Below are positions 57,427-64,000 of a stretch of 64,000 nucleotides of DNA, piece by piece. Source of the DNA: the human T2T-CHM13v2.0 reference genome, Homo sapiens; assembly GCF_009914755.1 (NCBI RefSeq), contig NC_060933.1, one strand, 5' to 3'. The notes under the pieces were generated by a model, which was not told the DNA's origin, searched no databases, and was given only the letters and a program-made list of their open reading frames with translations. The first letter of the stretch is position 1. The number at the start of each line of letters is the position of its first letter. Position numbers and translations under genes: made by a program.

Positions 57427-58133
57427 TAATATGGTACACTTTAAATGGTAAACTGTGTGGTGTATGAAGGAGAGGGCTCTTTTTCAGCACTGCCATTTCC
57501 AGATGAGATGCAGTAGCTTGGCAGTCCAGTGCTTCCTTCAACAATGAACTGTAAATGCCAGACGCAATACTTGAAATCATCTGTTTCAAAGCACTGGAAA
57601 GCTGCTGAGGTAGCAAGAAATATAGGGGCTAAGACTGGAGAGGAGAGAATATTAAAGATTGAAGCTGACTTATTCAGTCACTCTGACAGTGGGAGCATTT
57701 ACCAATTCTGGCTGTGGACAAAAGCTGAGAATCCAGCTTTTGTCCTGGATTCTCATTTTGTCCTGTCTACTGGAGAATGCAGTAGAAGGCTGCAGCTGGG
57801 TGACAGAGAAACCAACATAACTCAAACACATGGCCATTTTCCCCTCAGGATATTTGCTGAATTCTAGGGTATATAGGGCAGTAGACTAAAAATGTAAGCA
57901 AACAGCCTTTGAAGAACAGAGCAAAAGTCTAGTATCTGTTAAGAAAATAGTTGGGCATCTATCAGGAAGAGGGTCTTTAGAGGACAAAAGGGCTCTCAGC
58001 TGAAAATTCTCAGGAGCCAGGGTGATCCAGAGGTAAAGTGAGTCTTAGCAGAGCTTCAACCCGGCCTTATTTCAACATCAACAGTGCCTGACTGGATGTA
58101 CGTGTTCTCCCTTCCCTCCATTTGCTAACATAA

Positions 58134-58435
<302 letters not shown>

Positions 58436-59245
58436 TACAACTTATTATACACAGTGTTTAAAACAAACAAAAAATCCTACACATCCAAAAAGATAGGACC
58501 ACATATCCAAAATCAGAGAAGGAAAAAATTCAATAGAAACAGTCACACAGAGAATTGGAGTTAGATGAAAAGAGGACTATCTTTAGAGAGTTGGTTCTTA
58601 TAATAAAGAATCAAATGAAAGTTCAAAAATTGAAAAATCTAAAATCTAAAATTAAGAAGTCCTTATGCAGGTTTAACAGCAAAATACAGAATTTCTGAAA
58701 TGGAAGACAAGTAAATAGAAAATATCCAAACTGAAGCAGAGATTTTTTTTTTAAAGAAAAAAACATAGGAGCATTAGGAATATGTGTGACATAGTAAAAA
58801 AGGTATAACCTATCAGAGTCTGAGAAGTTAAAGAGGAGAGTGCAGGGAAAAAGCAATATTTGAAGAAGTAATGGCTATGAATGTCATCAACCCTTAGGAT
58901 TCAAGAAGCTCTTCAAATACCTCTTTACAAAACTGCAAGTATTGACTATGCAAAACAGTAACAGTACTATTCTGGGAGGTTTAAAATGTATGCAAAATTT
59001 AAAATAATGGAAATAATAATGCAAAAATGGGAGGCAGTAAATAGAATTAAAGTGTTTTATAAAGTATCCTAGCATTATTAAGGAGATAAAATAGTAAGTT
59101 CAAGATGAATGTTTTAATATCTGGGGTAACAAACAGTAAAAGAATTATAACAAGTAAACAAAGGAAAAAATTAAAGAGTAAAAAAATTATGTAATATAAA
59201 AAGTCAAGAAAGGAATGAAAAAATAGGTAGTTCAAATAAAAACTA

Positions 59246-59623
<378 letters not shown>

Positions 59624-59974
59624 TCAAGTTAAAAGCAAGGATTGAGACTTCTGGTTCTAAAAAACAAAACAAAAAAAAGAGTGCATTCCACCCAATTCCT
59701 CCTGCTAATTACCTAAAAATCTAGAAAAATACATAAAGCATCTGTCAGAAGACTCACTGGTGGAGAAAAGAAAGTAGAACCTAAGGACTTAAAAAACAAC
59801 ACAGTAGTGAGTTAGTTCCCTAGAGGGAACTTAGAGGGAGAGAGGGAGCTCCTACATATTGCAAAATGAGTACTAGAGGAGCTTGCAACCTGGAAGAACC
59901 AATGAGCACAGACAAAAAAGGCCTCCCCAAAGCATACATTTTCCAGCCAAATAATTTGAAATAGGGCAGCAATG

Positions 59975-60708
59975 CAGGATGGGACCTTTTGACTACACAT
60001 ACCTACAAAGTTCAGAAGTACCCAAGAACACCCTCACTTCTGACACCTACTGCAAGCAGAGGGATTTCCCAGGATCACCTGTACTTCTGACACCAATTCC
60101 AAGTCAGGGGTCCCCAGGACCACCCTCAGGTTCCACAATTCACAGAAGAACTCACAGAAATTAGAAAAGCCATAATACTCATGGCTATGGTGTTATATAG
60201 TGGCTTTACAATGAAAGGATACAGATCAAAATCAGCCAAGGGAAGATGTGCTTAGTGCAGTGTCAATGAGAGTTCCAGGTGTGAGCTTCCAGTGGTTTTC
60301 TCCCAGTGGAGTCATATGGACAGCACTTACTTCTCCCAGCAATGATGTGTGATGATAATACGCATGGAGTATTGCCAACTGGGGAAGTTCACTTGAGCCT
60401 TGATGTCCAGAGTTTTTACTGAGACTTGATCATGTGGACATGAATGACTCCCACTGTGGCTGATCTTAGTCTCCAGCCCCTCCAGAGCTGATATTGCATG
60501 GCCAAAGGTACCCCACTATAAACCACATGTTGGCATAGAATATTCAGTGTGGCCCAAAGCTCCCACCATAAATCACACTGTCATTATATACTATCTTGCA
60601 TGGCCTAAGCAAGGCCTGCAGGACATTCCAAAGATTTAGAGGTTACCTCCCAGGAGCTGAGTGCAAAGGCCAAACCTCTCTTTGGGCAAAGTTAATCCTT
60701 TACTGCAC
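59975..60708 (-). mobile_element. MER21-like LTR
   Basis: 'ccctcacttctgacacc', 'aaaatcagccaagggaag', 'gggcaaagttaatcctttactgcaca' motifs. Confidence 0.6.
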
Positions 60709-60722
60709 AACAATATACTTGA

Positions 60723-61161
<439 letters not shown>

Positions 61162-61399
61162 TCAAAGAGAGGTAGCACCCCTCTTGCCTCTCCAGCAGGC
61201 ATTATATAGACTGTATTGGCTAACCCTACCCCAAATTAAGTGAATGACAGCAAAGAAGAAGTAGCTACCTTCTTCCAATAGAGAGTGGAGGATGGATTAT
61301 GGAGAAAGTTATAAAAAGGGGTTCTTTAAATACATGTATGATGACCTGGGCACACCTACGAGCAGCCCAGATATAAAATGAATCAGAATCAACATAGAA

Positions 61400-62495
61400 A
61401 AAGCTTTCAGGGCTGAACTAGGGTGTGGGATACTGTCCAGGTTTCAAATTAGCTTCTGGGTAGCACAAAAATGAGGGAGACCAAAATAGAACTGCAAAGA
61501 CTTTCAAAACTAAGTTGAATTTGAAATACAGCCCATAAAAATAGACCAAGACATGCACTCTAAACCTAAATGTGTTGACAACTGCTAAAATAGAGGATTT
61601 GAAGAGAAAACAGAATCTCATAACATGATATTCAGAATGTCCTGAATAAAGCCAAAATTATTCATCATCTTAAGAACCAAGAAAATCTGAAATCAAATGA
61701 GAAAAGAGCATCAACAGATAGCAACACTCAGATGAATCAGATGTTGGAATTATTTGACAAGGATTTAAAGTAGCTAACTAAAAGTGTTGCAACAAGCAGC
61801 TGTAAATAGTGTTGAATCAAGTGGAAATATATAAATTCTCAGCAAAGAAATAGAAGGTATGAGGAGGAACAAAATGAAAATTTTAGAACCAAAAAATACA
61901 GTAAGTGAAATTAAAAACCTCACTGGATGATCTCAACAGCAGAATGGAGATCCAAAGGAAAGAATCAGTTACCTCAGTTACCTGTAAGATAGATAAACAG
62001 AAATTATCCAATCTGAACAATAGAAAAAATAATTGAAGAAATGATTGTTTCATCAATTCCCTCAGGCTGTATTCAGCCTAAGGGACCCAGCGGGACAATA
62101 ACAGAACAGCCAACAATCATTTCAGCAGTCCTAGAAGGAATGAAAAAGTAGGACGGGAGACTGGAAAAAGATATGAAGAAATAATAGCTGAAAACCTCCC
62201 AAATCTGGTAAAAGGCATAAATGTACAGATTCAAGTCGCTGACCAAATCTCCAAAAGGAAAACCTCAAATAAATCCATGTCTAGATACATTGTAAGATTT
62301 ATAAAATCCAAATTTAAGAATAGAACCTGAAAACAGTCAGAGAGAAATGACACATTACATGTAGGGAAAGGGCAATTTGAACAAGAATGACTTTCTCATT
62401 AAAAACCACAGATGTCAAAAGGAAGTGGGACCATATTTTTCAAGTGCTGAAGAGAAAGAGCTGTCAATATTGAATTCAATATCCAGTGAAAATAA
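61400..62495 (+). mobile_element. Old L1M ORF1 region
   Basis: 'gaagaaataatagctgaaaacctcccaaatctgg' and other ORF1 motifs. Confidence 0.65.
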
Positions 62496-63169
62496 AATAG
62501 GCTCTGTTTAAATTCTCTTAAACTTAATTCTGAGGAATTACCTGCCATTGGTAGTTGAGAAAGAAGTCTGAAAAAAAAAATAAAAAAAGAATTAACTGCC
62601 ATACATTTATTAAGCATAATTACTTAGGTAATTCTTAGGAATTACCTGCCATATATTTACTAAGCAAGATGTTGAGAACTTTATGTTGTGAACATCTTCA
62701 CAACTTTACACAATATGCTTCAAGACATCAAAGAACTTACAACAACTTTCTAAGATATTATAAAGGGCATAAGAGATGTGCAAAGCATAGCATGACCCCA
62801 AATAGAGAGAAGAAAATTCTACATGGAGTGTAAGACTAAGTTCTGTAGAGTTGATGAAACTTAAGCTTAGTCTTGGGAGATGCCATGTTTAATGCAAGCA
62901 GAGTAGGGCAAAGTGATTTTTAGAAGGGAGCAGCATGAGCAAAGGTATAAAGACAGGAAAATACATGATAAATTCAGGGAACCACAAATTAGTCTGCATA
63001 ATGAGAAGTATGTATGCAGTGAAGGAAAGGTGTTTATGAGGAAATTTCAGTAGAGGTATGCTGGCATGAGATCATGCAACTATTTTTCCTCCAATACATA
63101 ATGGACTGCCATTAAAGTAATTTATATAGAGAGAAAAGATTATTAGATTTATGTTTACAACTGCCAAGA

Positions 63170-63840
63170 AGATGCTGGCCAGGTTGTGGAGAAATAGGAA
63201 CGCTTTTACACTGTTAGTGGGAATGTAAATTTGTTCAACCATTGTGGAAGACAGTGTGGTGATTCCTCAAAGATTTAGAAGTGGAAATACCATTTGACCC
63301 AGCAATCCCATTACTGGTTATATACCCAAAGGAATATAAATCATTCTGTTATAAAGATACACGCATGCATATGTTCATTGTGGCACTATTCACAATAGCA
63401 AAGACATGGAATCAACCCAAATGCCCATCAGTGATAGACTGGCTAAAGAAAATGTGGCACATATACATCATGGAATACTATGCAGCCATAAAAAGGAATG
63501 AGATCATATCCTTTGCAGGGACATGCAGGGAGCTGGAAGCCATTATCCTCAGCAAACTAATGCAGGAACAGAAAACCAAACGCTACATGTTCTTACTTAT
63601 AAGTGGGAGCTGAACAATGTGAACACATGGACACAGGGAAGGGAACAACACTCACTGGGGCCTGTTGGGGAAGGGTGGGGGGTGGGAGAGCATTAGGGAA
63701 AAAAGCTAATGCATGCTGGGCTTAATACCTAGGTGATGGCTTGATAGGTGCAGCAAACCATCATGACACACATTTACCTATGCAACAAACCTGCACATCC
63801 TGCACATGTACCCTAGAACTTAAAATAAAAAATAAAAAAA
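63170..63840 (+). mobile_element. L1PA 3' fragment
   Basis: EIPFDPAIPLL...IAKTWNQPKCPSVIDW peptide, 3' UTR, A tail. Confidence 0.9.
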
Positions 63841-64000
63841 GACTATCAAGAAACAGCAGGGAGAATACATTTGAATGAGCAAGAGTGGAAGTCTAGGCAA
63901 TATTTCATGTGAAAGAATTAAAACACCTTAGTTAGGGAGAAAATATTATTTAACAGGAATATAGAAAAAGAAATTGGTGTAGATAGTAGGTAATTAGAAT

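Overview
Primate (almost certainly human) genomic DNA. Recalled protein sequences point to the ANKRD19P-EEF1DP2-ZNF484 locus (9q22.31); no database search was run. Left half: a CpG island (~7.7-10.6 kb) holds a decayed, intronless, 3'-truncated copy of erythroferrone (ERFE/FAM132B). It is followed by three diverged ~320-bp GC-rich repeats and exon 1 of an ANKRD18-family gene (ANKRD19P). That gene has seven recognisable exons with intact GT-AG sites, a 264-aa ankyrin ORF ended by a CGA>TGA-type stop, and no coiled-coil exons in the window. Middle: an old L1 carrying a full-length SVA, an Alu and a HML-5-type solo LTR; a full-length EEF1D retrocopy with TSDs; and a fossil C2H2 array. Right half: the last three coding exons of ZNF484 on the minus strand (KRAB-A, KRAB-B, 15 intact fingers), with the ATG exon beyond the window. 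The rest is Alu/L1/MIR/LTR/DNA-transposon sequence plus a U6 pseudogene. Repeat subfamily names and repeat boundaries are by eye and approximate. The most notable observation is the ERFE-derived 79-aa ORF, which keeps a signal peptide and the DAWMLFV motif.
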